Positions 1 through 17,620 of a stretch of DNA of 64,000 nucleotides are shown here, piece after piece. Position 1 is the stretch's first letter; each line of letters begins with the position of its first letter. The DNA is from the human T2T-CHM13v2.0 reference genome, Homo sapiens: the NCBI RefSeq assembly GCF_009914755.1, contig NC_060930.1. One strand, 5' to 3'. Below the pieces are notes generated by a model. The model was given only the letters and a program-made list of their open reading frames with translations, was not told where the DNA came from and ran no database searches. The translations under genes and the position numbers were made by a program.

Positions 1-230
1 ATAACTGTGCCATTGCACTCCAGCCTGGGTGATAGAGCGAGACCCTGTCTCAAACAAACAAACAAACAAAAAAGGCTGGGTGTGATGGCTCATGCCTATA
101 ATCTCAACAGTTTGAGAGGCCAAAGTAGGAAAATCACTTGAGCCCAGGAGTTCAAGACCAGCTTGTGCAAGGTGGCAAGACCTTGTCTCTATAAAACATT
201 TTTGAAAAATTAGCCAGGCATAGTGGTGCT
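1..230 (+). mobile_element. Alu 3' end followed by an AluJ/FLAM-like left monomer
   Basis: gcactccagcctgggtgatagagcgagacc plus A-rich tail, then ggctgggtgtgatggctcatgcc. Confidence 0.85.
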
Positions 231-428
231 AAATTAATTATCCATAATTTTAACTTAGTGCCAGATTTGAAGTTTGTTACTTTTAGCAGTTCCTCAGATA
301 AAGTGTTTAAATGTTCTGATTCCTAATTTGAAAAGACAGGAATTAGAATTTTTTGCTTCTTTCATACGTTGATAAAAACATCCTTAAAGCAATCTTCACT
401 ATACATATTAGTAAACTGCCATTAATTA

Positions 429-808
<380 letters not shown>

Positions 809-981
809 TTACAAATACTATCTTCTCAGTAAAATGTGAGTTTATTGCTTAAATTCTTCAAAATCAACATTTATGTTTATATTGACTTTGAAATATGGCT
901 AACAGAGCAAGCTTTCCTTTCTGTGCATTAACAATATGTATTTTATATAAATATGCTCCATACCTATATAAAACAATCCTA

Positions 982-1140
<159 letters not shown>

Positions 1141-2306
1141 TCACTGTTGTGTTAGCAAGGAGGGGGAAATGATGAATGTCTTATAACTTCAAAACGAAAT
1201 TTCTGAAAATCTAGAGAATCCAGGTAAGCAAAATGAAAGAAAAAAATACCACCCAAAATACTGGCATTCAGAGATAAGCTCTGTCAATATCTTGGTGCAT
1301 ATCTTTCCAATCCTTTTTCTATGTGCTTAGGTATATCTGTTTTGTTTTGTTTTACTTTCTTTCTTGTCAGAGACTGCAAGCAGGAATGTGTTTTTAAAAA
1401 TAGGATTTTAAATGGTAAAATGTAAAACAGCAAACAAAAGTAATATCATATCATTAAATAATTAATTACATTTTTGTACATGCATATCTTTTTTACTAAA
1501 GAAACTGTTCCTTGGGAGGCAGGACTCATGTATTAATACTGCTTATATCTACCCTAGCACTGTATTGGTGCTCAAGAAACAGGCGACAAAACAAGGAAAG
1601 ATATTTAACAATCCCTGTACTTATCCATCCCTAGAGTATGTGGTTGAGGGTTTTTTTTTGAAGAGTAGTGAGTATAAGGGAATGACTGTCATGCCCACTT
1701 ATAAAAACTGAAGTTGAGAACAGGTCCTGTAAACAGAAAAAAAGAAATAGGACTTCACAAAGTAAAAGCTTTAAGCTGGACTCTGACGATATGTAGGAAA
1801 GATAGACCAGAGCAGCAAGCAGAAACAGCACTTTGCGCATAACAGACAGCTGTTTGATAAAATATTTAGCAACAATGACATTATTGCTCAAGGTAAAAGC
1901 CTTAGAAATATGCCTCCCTCAGGCTGTCCTTAAACAGGGTTCAGATTTCACAGGTAAAGAGAAACATATTCAATTTAATAAATATTTTGAATACCTTTTA
2001 AATGTAAAGCTCTGTGAAAGATGCAAAAAGGGAAAGACAAAACTTCCCTTGAATATTTTATATGTGCAAGATGATTATATACAAATGTTTTTCTCTCACT
2101 TAATCTTTAGAACAATTTTATGATGCACACAGAACCCAAGGCTCAGTGTGATAAAAATAACATGACCAAAGTCAAATAGCTAGAAAGAGAAGGGGTTTGG
2201 ACTTAAATAGATCTGCCTGATTGCAAAGTCCATGCTTTTTCCACTACAGCTAAAGTTCATGTCTTCAATTCCCACAATGTGGTAAGGAAGACAGACATAT
2301 AAATAG

Positions 2307-2616
<310 letters not shown>

Positions 2617-3039
2617 TCTAGAGAGTTTGCCATTTTGAACACTTCAGGATCTCTGGCTCTGGCAAACCCTGTTTTTAATGACCCCATTGCTATGGCCAGC
2701 CTTGAAGCACTTACACTGTGGCAAGAGACTTCACCCCAGGCACAATGACTGTCTCCTTCTTTCTGACTCCTTGATATTGATGAACGTAGAGAGTTTGCCT
2801 TTATTACCTATGCAAAATATGTTCTCTTTGCAGCCTGAAGTAGATGGGAAAGTAGAACTCCACTTCCGCATCTAAACCAGGCTCTTGAAACACCCAACAC
2901 TGGCACAGATCCCTGATTCCTGGACCTCACTTGTCTGGGAAAGTGGTTGTCACAGTAGCAATATTTAATCAACACTTCTAAAAAACTACATTTTCTGTGA
3001 CTTCCAATTGTTGATCCCACTAGAATAAATTCATTTTAA

Positions 3040-4100
3040 GTCCTGTGTTAAAAAATTTGTTTTGACTAGATAATACATTCATATGGTTCAAAAATCAAAG
3101 TATATACAAGGTTATATATTGAAATGTCTCACTACCACTCCTCTTGCTTCCCTGGAGGTAACAACTTTTATTAATTGCTTATTTTCCTTGCAATGTTTCT
3201 TAATGCAAATAAAAACAAATATGAATATATATTTTATCCTCCATTGTTTACACAAAAGATAGCATAATATACACACTGTTCTGCACTTTGTTTGTTTTCT
3301 TACCCTTACTCTATCTTGGAAATCTCTTAATATTAGGACAATATCAATATTAGAAATACTTCCTTCAGGTGAGAAGTGATTTGGCATAAAAGAAAAATTT
3401 TTTTAAAGAAAAAAATAAAAATAATATTTCTTGTTCTTTTTTACAGTAGCATGGTATTTCTAGATCACCTCTTTTAATGTGGTAAAATATATACATAATG
3501 TAAAATTTACCATTTCAACCATTTTTAAGTATACTAGATATACTTAGTATATTTACTTAATCCCACTACTTATACTAGTTCAATGGGATTAAGTACAACC
3601 ATCATCACTGTGTATTTCCAGAACTTTTTCATCCCAAAATGAAAATCTATACCATTAAATAATATCTCCAGGTTGCCCCCTACCCCCAGCTCCTGATAAC
3701 CATTATCTAATTTATGTCTCTATGAATTTGACTGTTCTTGGTATGTAGCTCATATAAGTGGAACCATACAGTGTCTGCCCACTTGTGTCTGCCTTTTTTT
3801 CACACAATATAATGTCTTCAAGGTTCATTTGTGTTGTAGCATGTATGAGAATTTCATTCCTATTTAAAGCTGAATACTATTACATCGTATGTATAGACCA
3901 TATTTCGTTTGTCCATTTGCCCCTCAACAGACATTTAGGGTGTTCTACCTTTTGGTTATTATGAATAATGTTCTCTATATATTGGTGTATAAATAACTAT
4001 TTGAATCCCCACTTTCAATTCCTTTGTATATATACCCAGAAGTGAAATTGCTAGATCCTATGGTAACTCTATGTTTAATTTTTTGAGGAACCACCATATA
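3040..4100 (-). mobile_element. Old L1M (L1ME/L1MB-like) 3' fragments
   Basis: Typical antisense L1M 3' motifs: aatgtcttcaaggttcatttgtgttgtagcatg, tatatacccagaagtgaaattgctagatc. Confidence 0.75.
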
Positions 4101-4126
4101 GGTCATTTTTGTAAAAAAAAAAAAAC

Positions 4127-4470
4127 TTTTTTTGTAGAGATAGAGTCTCACTACGTTGTCCAGGCTGGTGGAACAGCTGGTGGGTGAGGCAATCAGAATA
4201 CACACAACATTTATAGATTAAGTTTGCCATTAATATTAGGACAATATCAATATTAGAAATACTTCCTTCAGGTGAGAAGTGATTTGGTATAAAAGAAAAA
4301 TTTTTTTAAAGAAAAAAATAAAAATAATATTTCTTGTTCTTTTTTACAGTAGCATGGTATTTCTAGATCACCTCTTTTAATGTGGTCTCGAACTCCTGGC
4401 CTTAAGCAATCCTCCCACTTCAGCCTCCCAAAGTGCTGGGATTACAAGGTGTAAACCACTGTGCCTGGCC
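4127..4470 (-). mobile_element. FLAM/AluJ monomer split by a 217-bp templated insertion
   Basis: gttgtccaggctggt ends at 4169 and the Alu resumes as ctcgaactcctggcc at 4387. Confidence 0.9.
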
Positions 4471-5195
4471 TAGGTCTCCTTTCCATATGTCATACAGATA
4501 GTTACTTCGTTGCTTCACAGATACTGTGTTTTTCCCAAGTAGAAGGTTTGTGGCAACCCTGCATCAACCAAGTCTACTGGCACCATTTTTCCAACAGCAT
4601 GAAGCTCACTTAATGTCTCTGTGTCACATTTTGGTAATTCTTACAACATTTAAAACTTTTTCAGTATTATATCTGTTACAGTGATCAGTGATCTTTCATG
4701 TTACTATTGTAATTGTTTTGAAGCATCACAAATTGCACCCACATAAGATGGCAAACTTAATCTATAAATGTTGTGTGTATTCTGATTGCCTCACCCACCA
4801 GCTGTTCCCCCATCTTTCTCCCTCTCTTCGGGCCTCTCTATTGTCTGAGAAACAGTAATATTGAAATCAGGCCAACTAATAAAACTACAATGGCCTCCAA
4901 CTGTTCAAGTGAAAGGAAGAATCTCACATATCTCTTGCTTTAAATCAAAAGCTAGAATGATTGAGCTTACTGAGGAAGGCACACTGAAAGTTCAAACAGG
5001 CTGAAAGCTAGGCCTCTTGCACCAGTTAGCCAAGTTGTGAATGCAAAGAAAAAGTTCTTGAAGGAAATTAAAAGTTCTACTCTGTTGAACACACAAAGAT
5101 AAGAAAGCAAAACAGCCTTATTGTGGATAGGGAGAAAGTTTTAGTGATCTGGATAGAAGATTAAACTAGCTGCAACATTACCTTAAGACAAAGCT

Positions 5196-5670
<475 letters not shown>

Positions 5671-5920
5671 CTAGCTAAGATCATTGATGAAGATGGCTAC
5701 ACTAAACAACAGATGTTCAATGTAGACAAAAGAGAATTCTATTGGAAACAGATTCCGTGTAGGACTTTCATAGCTAGAGAGAAGTCAACGCCTGGTTTCA
5801 AAGCTTCAAAGGACAGGCTGACTATCTTACTAGGGTTTAACGCAACTGGTGATTTGAAGTTGAAGCCAATGCTCATTTACCATTCTGAAAATCCTAGGAC
5901 CCTTAAGAATTATGCTAAAT

Positions 5921-6232
<312 letters not shown>

Positions 6233-7856
6233 CTAAATCTACTCTACCTGTGCTCCATAAATGTAACAACAAAGCCTAGATGACAGTGCATCTGTTGACA
6301 GCATGGCTTACCGAACATTTTAAGCCCACTATTCGGACTGACTACCTAGAAAAAAGATTCCTTTCAAAAGATTACTGCTCATTAACAATGCACCTGGTCA
6401 CCCAAAAGCTCTGATTGAGATGTACAAGGAGATTAATGCTGCTTTCCTGTTTGCTAACACAACATCCATTCTGCAGCCCGTGAATCAAGAAGTCATTTTG
6501 ACTTCCAAGTCTTATTCTTTAACAAATACATTTCATGAAGCTATAGCTGCCATAGATTGTGATTTCTCGGATGGATCTGGGCAAAGTAAATTGAAAACCT
6601 TGTAGAGAGGATTCACCATTCTAGATGCCATTAAAAACATTCATGATTCCTTCAAGGAGGTCAAGGCATCAACATTAACAGGAATGTGGAAAAAGTTGAT
6701 TCCAACCCTCATGGATAATTTTGAGGAGTTCAAGGTATCAGTGGAGGAAGTAAATGAGATGTGGTAGCAATAACAAGAGAACAACAATTAGAAGTAGAGC
6801 TTGAGGATTAACTGAATTTCTGCCATCTCATGATCAAACAGGTTTGGATAAGGAGTTGCTTCTTATGGATGGGCAAAGAAAGTGATTTCCTAAGATGGAA
6901 TCTACTCCTGGTGAAGATGCTGTAAACACCACTGAAGTAACAACAAATAATTTGGAATATTACATAAACTTAGTTGGTAAAGTAGTGGCAGGGTTTGAGA
7001 GGACTGACTCAAATTTTGAAAGAAGTTCTAATATGGGTAAAATGCTATCAAATAGCATTGCATGTTACAGAGAAATCTTTCAAGAAAGGAAGAGTTCATT
7101 GATGCAGCAAACTGTATTATTGTCTTACTTTAAGAAATTGCCACCCCAGCCTTCAGTAACCACCACTCTAATCAGTTAGCAGCCATCAATACTGAGGCAA
7201 GACCATCCACCAGCAAAAAGATTATGACTCACTGAAGGCTTAGATAATCATTAGCACCTTTTAGCAATAATGTATTTTTTAATTAAGATATATACATTTT
7301 TATACATAATGCTACTGGACACTTATAGCAGTGTATATTTATACTGTAAACTATAGTATAATAAATATGACTTCACTGGGAAACCAAAAACTTTGAGTGA
7401 CTTGCTTTATTACAATATTTGCTTTACTGCAGTGGTCTGGAACCAAACTTGCAATATCTCTAAAGTCTGCCTGTGTAAGAGGGAAGAGTGTAAAGTTTAT
7501 AACTACATGCATTTACTAGAAATTCTTCCCTAATCCCCAAATTTGCATTTTCTAGAGCGTCAATATGCACTTTCTATTTCTGTGTACCTCTTATGCTTTT
7601 TCTACCCTATGGGTTTCTATAAGTCACTAAATATCAACATGAAGGCCGACTGAGGCAAAGAAATAGCAAACTAATGTTACCTATATCTATTTTGTTACTT
7701 CTTCTAATTCACCTTTCACTCTGCAGCCAGGAGTGATATTTCAAAAATCCTTAACTGATCATCTGTCACTATGAACAGGTCTAAGGAATCAAAGCAAGAG
7801 ATGAGGCAAAGACCATATAAAAGGAGCCTTGTAAGCCATGCAGAAGTGTCACCATT

Positions 7857-8199
<343 letters not shown>

Positions 8200-8429
8200 C
8201 TAGTATCACTGGCAACATGGTAGGGTAAATGGGTCAGTGGAGAAGCCAGCTGTTAGAAAAGGTACCACCCTTTGATTACCTTCTGTACATGTTTTATGAC
8301 TCTCAGATTTGGCCTCACTGAATTATATTAGAGTATCTTTCAATGTTTTAACTGTTTGCATCTCTCCCCTGCCCTCCTCCTGCATTAGACCATAAGGTTC
8401 TTGAAGACAAATACAATTTTTACTTACTA

Positions 8430-8722
8430 ACTTATTTATTTTGAGACAAGATCTCACTTTGTCTCCTAGGCTGGAGTACAGTGGCACGATCATAGCTCAC
8501 TGCAGCCTCAAACTCCTGGGCTCAAGCCATCCTCCTGCCTTAGCTTCAGTAGCTGAGACTACAGCTGTGAGCCACCATGCCCAGCTGATTTTTTTATTTT
8601 TTTGTAGAAATGGGGTATCACTTTGTTGTCCAGGCTAGTCTTGAGCTTCTGGCTTCAAGTGATCCTCCTGCCTCGGCCTCCCAACATGTTAGGATTCCAG
8701 GTGTGAGCCACCACACTAGCCC
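8430..8722 (-). mobile_element. AluJ
   Basis: Antisense Alu with J-type ctcctgggctcaagc. Confidence 0.88.
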
Positions 8723-9601
8723 AGAAAGACATTTTAAAATTTATTTCTATATTCCTAGGGACTAGCACAATGCCTGACACATTGAAAGAGCTCTTTAAGT
8801 GATCTCATCTAGTCTGCGGGCTTTAAATGTCACCCATATGCATTAACTCCCAAATGTTTACCTCTAGTCCACCCATCTCCCCTGAACACCAGCTATGTGT
8901 ATCCAGCTGCCTCAAGAGCTCCATTTGAATGTCTAAAAGCCAAAACTGAGGTTGCGCTCTCTACCTCCACTACCCTCTATTCCAGTACCTCCAGTACCTC
9001 TATTCCCACTGCTCTTCCCTCGCCTCAGTTAATAGCAACTCCATCATTGCAGTTATTCAGGCAAAAACCTCATCTACTTTAACTCTTTTCCCAAATATCT
9101 CCTCCTCAGTGAGTCTTCCCTAGCCTTTCTATTTAAAATCGCAACCACCATTCTGCACTTTATCTTTCTGCAAGTACTAACACTTTCAAACATACCATAA
9201 CTCTATATCCCTTATCTACAATTCTAAAGAAACTGTAGAAAATCAAAAGCTTTCTAGTAACTCAGGTAGAAAAATTATTTGTAATTCAATAGAAAAAAAT
9301 GCATTGTTAGGGGCACATCCTTTCAGTTACCTGATTCTGATTCTAGAGAAGCTATTTTACAACTCTGTACATTACACATAACTGATAACGATGCAGAATA
9401 ATTCTCAACTATAAGCATACAAATTATGTGCTGTCCGGTAGAGGTTCACTGACTTCCCTCCCCAATAGTGGAAGAAGCTGGTTTTGCCTCAATTTGCATA
9501 TCCATTTCAATATTCCTGATCTGTACACGTACCTGTTTTAAAGTTTCTCCTTTGAATGGGCTATAATACCAGCTTGGTTCCTTCATTCAAAAAGTTAAAT
9601 A

Positions 9602-10248
<647 letters not shown>

Positions 10249-11289
10249 TTATACCTGTATAACAGTCATAATTTTACCTTTTTTGAAAACAATCATTTAA
10301 TACTCATTGTACAGAAATATGTCACTTAAACTGACAAGAAGCTGTTTATTGTCTGACATGAAGCTATTAAATGGACATGAAACTGTTTATATGTTATTTA
10401 TTGTCTGTCTCTCTCCACTAACATATAAGCTCCATGAAGGCAAAGGTATTTGTTGACTTTATATCTCCAATGCATAAAATGGTACCTAGCACATAATAAG
10501 CATTCAATAAATATTTGTCAAATAAATTAAATCTACTCAACCGGTTCTTACTCACAAAATAACCAGTAATGGCCTGTAACCTAATAAAACTTTGCTACCC
10601 TTTCATAAGTTATTCTTTTTCAAAAGGTGTTTTAAATGATTTTGTTTTCAACAAATTGAATAGACAATATCTAAAATAATTATTCCAGGGACGCTAAGCC
10701 TCCACAAGCTCCATTTACTTTAGGCTTAAAAAGGAAGACTTCTTTAAATTAGCACCTACTCTACCAGAAGAATAAGAGTGCTGGCTTGAGGTAAAGAGCA
10801 GCAACACAGCTCTGAATATCTCAGGATGGGATCTTTAACCTGGTGTATAATTCGAAGAGCAAAGGAGTGCTATGAGGGTATTTCCTGAAAGGGCTGTGAG
10901 CACAATAAGTGCTACAAAATCCTAAAGAAAATAACACAAAGGAACAGGGGACACAGGGGAACACAAGTGAAGCAGATATTAACCTTATTAGTAGTTATGT
11001 CCAAGGCCAGTTTACTAAGAAAATGCTAGGCTCTAGATAAACATCACACAAGAGTGTATTCACTACCTCTGTTTACTGAAAAAAACAAAGAAGTTAACTT
11101 TCCTACTGTTGTTTACTGAAAGAAACAAATGAACAACAACAGTAAACAACCTAAATGTTCAATAATAAGAAAACTGATAAGTAAATTATGGTAAATAGCC
11201 ACATATTGTAGCCTCAAATATATATACTAAAATATTTTAATTACTCGAGGAAAGACTATAACGTTGTGATATAATGTAAAAGGACCACA

Positions 11290-12003
<714 letters not shown>

Positions 12004-13093
12004 CTATTTTTTCTATTTTACAAGTTTTCTTCAATGAGCATTACTCTTATAATTTAAAAACAAATACATACACACACCAGAAGACAGAACTTTCCAGAAA
12101 TCCACCTACCAAAATAAGACACTATCATACTATCTCAGCTTCTTTTTACATGGTTATCTGAGAAGGGACACAGTGAAAGGAGATGGCCATACTTGTACTT
12201 TCCCCATCTCTTGGCAAAATCAGATTTTACCAACGGACTTTAATCTCTTGTCTAACAAATGTTTGTTCAACATGACATCATACAACTACAAATACGTGTA
12301 ATCATACTTAAACAGCAATTAAGTAGACCATTATTTTCCTGTGTCTCATATTATATGATAACATCTTCCATGCCAGATACTCACAGCATAGTAACATGAT
12401 CCCACTGGAGCCTAATGAAGAATGTTCAATGAACATGCCAATATTTTATCTGAGCTCCTTTCAAAGCATGTAAGTAGCTATTTTTAAAGTGTCCACTTTT
12501 CACTGTCCTAAATGTAAAATAATCTACAGTTAGAATTCTAAACTTTCTCTAGATCCTGACTCAATTTAGAGAGTCTGTACTAGACTAAAAATTCCAGAAT
12601 CCATTCGTATTTTTATGTATACATCTTTCTTCCCTTTTCACTTTCTGTTCTCCAAGTCTATGATGCCCTCATGGGTCCCTGACTCCTTTTTCAAGGGCAT
12701 TCTGAATGGAAAGATCCTCTTATACTTCAATTACTCACTTATCTCAAAGTAAATCCAATTTTCTATTCTTTTTTGATCTCTTTTAAGTAACAGTGTGATT
12801 CATTTGACCATCAATCTTTCCCCTCAGTGAGAACAGTATCACCGACTTTATTTTAGAAAGCACTGAGTATCATTTTTTAAAATGTCTTAACACCTCTTTC
12901 CCCTTCCCAAAGAACTGAAGGTAAATGAAGTAGGGTGTTTTATGGCAAATAGGAGATTTGCCTAATTCCAAAATGTTCCAATACTCCTAAAACTGTAAAT
13001 TAAGAATTAGTATTTGAAAGTTGACACTTTCACACCTACGACAGGCCTTTTGGAAGCTGCTCTTTATAAACACATGAGATTCATCATAACCTT

Positions 13094-13107
13094 CCAGCAG
13101 GTGGCAC
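13094..13107 (+). promoter_or_regulatory. Candidate CTCF site
   Basis: CCAGCAGGTGGCAC fits the core consensus CCASYAGRKGGCRS at every position; motif match only. Confidence 0.5.
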
Positions 13108-13259
13108 TCATACTCTGAAAAGGGGTCTGTACAGACTAACACAGCTCTGGTTCAAGGTGGCCCTAAATCTTCTGCTTCATTTTACTTCAGTGACACTTCC
13201 TGGTTACCAGTCATAAGCTCCAGGGAGGTCAATGTTCCCCTTTGCCACCCAGTTGAAAT

Positions 13260-13920
<661 letters not shown>

Positions 13921-14276
13921 GGCTGTTGTCATTGTTGTACTTAAGTGAAAATTTCAATGCTAACCACTCCGGTTAGCTTTGACATCAGAGATACTTAGAG
14001 AGTGAGGCTGAGTTGGAAAATGCCACAGCATTTCCTTGCCAAAGTCCATGAAACACCCACTTAGTAGTTTCTATAATAATAAAATGGCTATATGAAAGTT
14101 ATTTCCTTTCCCATTTTTCAACAATCTGGTTTCATTTTCTCTCTGACTTTTAAATTCTGCATGTACTTGGTCTAAGAGAGATATCTGAAACCAAGTAAGC
14201 TTTGCGATAAATAAGAAATTCACATCTCCTTGACTATGAGAGCATACCTATTCTTTTTTAGTATAAGTATTTAATC

Positions 14277-14584
14277 TTTTTTTTTTTTTTTTTTGGAGAC
14301 AGAGTCTCACTCTGTTGCCAGGCTGGAGTACAGTGGCGTGATCTCAGCTCACTGCAACCTCCACTTCCCGGGTTGAAGTGATTCTCCTGCCTCAGCCTCC
14401 CGAGTAGCTGGGATCACAGACACATGCCACCATGTCTAGCTCATTTTTTGTATTTTTTTTTTTTTTAGTGGAGATGGGGTTTCACCTTGGCCAGGCTAGT
14501 CTCAAATTCCTGACCTCAGGTGATCCACCTGCCTCAGCCTCCCAAAGTGCCGAGAATACAGGCATGAGCCACCATGCCCAGCCT
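14277..14584 (-). mobile_element. AluS
   Basis: Antisense dimer with TSD ttaatctttt on both sides. Confidence 0.9.
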
Positions 14585-15009
14585 TAATCTTTTATTAACA
14601 TATCCCATGAGAAAATTGGATATACTTCTTATAAATCAAGGGCACTCTGAATATACACAATTTAAATATGAAAAATGAAACAGATACAAACTAAAACAAA
14701 GAGTTTACAAAGTAAAATCTTAATTACCTGGAATTCTGAGGGGTATTCTAACTCATTTACTGATTCATTAAGTAAACTTTTGCTTGCAACCCTCCTTGTC
14801 AAAAACCTTCCTACCTTGACAGTTAAACAAAATGAAATTTGCATTTGACTCTATGTAGTCTTCTTTATTTATTTTTGTTGTTGTTGTTGATTTTGCATTG
14901 CTATAAGACCCTAGGCAGTCTTTCAGTCCCTTGGGATTTCGATAATCAACTACTAACAAATGTTTATGTCCTTCTTATTTATCCTTTTCTCTCCTTGAAA
15001 TAGAATGGT

Positions 15010-15047
15010 GGGGTGGGGGGTGGGGAATAAGGGGTGGGGGACGTGGG
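15010..15047 (+). other. G-quadruplex-forming motif
   Basis: GGGGtGGGGGGtGGGGaataaGGGGtGGGGGacgtGGG: six G-tracts with short loops. Confidence 0.7.
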
Positions 15048-15431
15048 TGAAACTAACCTAAAATTCCTTATTTAGATTCTGGCTTAAAAGAAAAAAGTAT
15101 CGACTTATTCTCCAAATTCTGTCCCTAGTTTTCTTGTCCTTCTCCATTCCACAGTTTTTCTTAACATCTTACCCATGGACCTGAGCTTTAGCTGCTCCTT
15201 CTATGGAGAATCCCAAATCTCAATCTCTAGCCCTAATGTCACTCCTAAACTGACATCAATTTCCCAAGATGCATCATACAATACAACCAAGAGAATATCC
15301 CACTGTAACTCAAAATCCACAGATCCAAAACTGAGTATCACTTGCCCAACTTTACCTCCTAGTGTGTTTACTATACCTGCAATGATGCCAACATTTCCCA
15401 ATCATCAAGGCAGGCTGAAAACCTTATCATC

Positions 15432-15750
<319 letters not shown>

Positions 15751-17490
15751 TCACCAAGTGCTACATACTCTGCTTCTTAAATATCATTCATTAATTCTCA
15801 CCTTAATAATTAAAATAAACCCTTAACTAGTATATACACAGGTGCTCTTCTCTCTGCCTAGAAAGGTACAGAAACATATTTCCTATCTTCTTTGCCTGAT
15901 AAATGCCTACTTACTTTTTAGAAAGAACTCATTTATCACTTCTTCTAAGAGGCCTTCCCTGAAACTCTTCTTCTGAAGTGTCTCTTCTATGTTCCCATCC
16001 ATACTGAATTACCCTTAACACACTGCTAATTAAATAAAGTTATGACATAGTATAATTGTCTCCCCCTAACTGATTGTAAGATGCAGGGACTGTGTCTTCC
16101 ATCTATACATTTCCATTGTCTTGCACAAGCCAAACACATGTAGATTTTCAACAAATGTTGGCTAAGTGATAATCCATCTCCTATCTCTTCTAATATACTC
16201 TATGTATTGACATCAGAATATCTTCCTAAGATAAAAAGTCTGATAAATTGTTAACTCTCCTACTTCGAAATTTTAGATGGCTTCAAAGTTAAAACTCCTA
16301 AATAGACCATTCAAAGCTATTCACCCCAAAGGCTAAAACTATTTTTCCTGTAAATAATTTATTTTGGAGGACCTGAGGCTCAAGCTAAAACTATACTGTA
16401 AAGATTTTAACCAAAAATATGGCAGGTGACTAAGATCAAGTTAAGGACAAGTGGGCTTTCCCCTGCAAAAGGGAGTATCATAATTGGCGTATGTATGGCC
16501 TTTACCTTCAGGATGCTCCATATGCAATCATCATGAATTGGCTTCTAAGTCGTCACTGCACAGAATTCTGCCCATTACGTCCCATGAAGCCTTGCCCTGG
16601 GACATGGGAATGAGGCAGAAGCATGATGGAAAATACCCAGCAGATAGCAATGGGAAAAAAAAGTCTAAAAATCTACCATTAGAAAACATTTGAGTGCCAA
16701 GCATATTTGAGGCACTGAGAGCCTTGGGGACTTTACAGCCTAAAAGGAACTGAAGAGGAGACAAAATGGACAATTTTTAAATTACAGTTATGGTGAGGCT
16801 ATTAAGGAAAAATACAGAGTGCATATGTAGGAAACCTAACCTAGTCACGAAAGTCAGAAAAGATGCTCCTTAGGAAGTGTGCCTTATTGGAAAGAAGAGG
16901 AAATTGAGAATTTGAGCATTAATCAGCAGAAATGAGTGCTGGCAGTTATTTTCATTATATCATGAATACACAGACGCTAAAAGAACTCCTTAACTATTCA
17001 TCTTCTGGGTGCAAACATCAGATAAAATCCCTACTTTATTCTAAATTTGCTATGGCAGATTTCCATCACTACATGATAGGGTGTATCTCTTATCTTTCCA
17101 TATGAATATTAATAAAATCATCTAGCACAGGACCTAACAAAGTAGAGACTCAACAAATTTTAGATGAGTAAATGAAAGTAACAGTACATGAACTGGTTTT
17201 CAAACACGTTGGTTAAATGAAATTTATTCCATATTGAGAAAATATTATTTTCAAAACTGCCATTATCAAGCACCTACAAAAATATTCAAAAAAATTAGAT
17301 TTCTCAAGGAAATAATCATAGGTTTGAAAAATAATCTGAAATTGACATTTGATTAATTAAGCATAATAAAGTGTAATTTTATCCTATGTGGCCATAGTAA
17401 ACCTTAGTTTTATGTCAGTGCAAACTTGGGCTATTTGGTTTTATACCTAACCCATATCTTTATAACTTACACTTCTAAAATACATAGTTT

Positions 17491-17620
17491 CGGCCAGGTG
17501 CGGTGGCTCGTGCCTGTAATCCCAGCACTTTGGGAGGCCAAGGCAGGAGGATTGCTTGAGCCCAGGCATTCAAGACCAGCCTGGGAAACATGGGTGAGAC
17601 CTCATATCTACATTTAAAAT
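17491..17620 (+). mobile_element. FLAM/AluJ left monomer
   Basis: Monomer flanked by aaaata(c/t)atagttt. Confidence 0.85.

Noticed and set aside
1631-2123. Non-Alu ORFs of 86 and 96 aa
   Set aside because: No recognisable domain; lengths expected by chance, and the 96-aa ORF starts at TTG.
3369-3446. Plus-strand CAG|GTGAG...TTCTTTTTTACAG mini-intron-like 78-nt segment, also present in the copy at 4230-4386
   Set aside because: Antisense to CDK19, no flanking exon or ORF evidence, and within old L1-like sequence.
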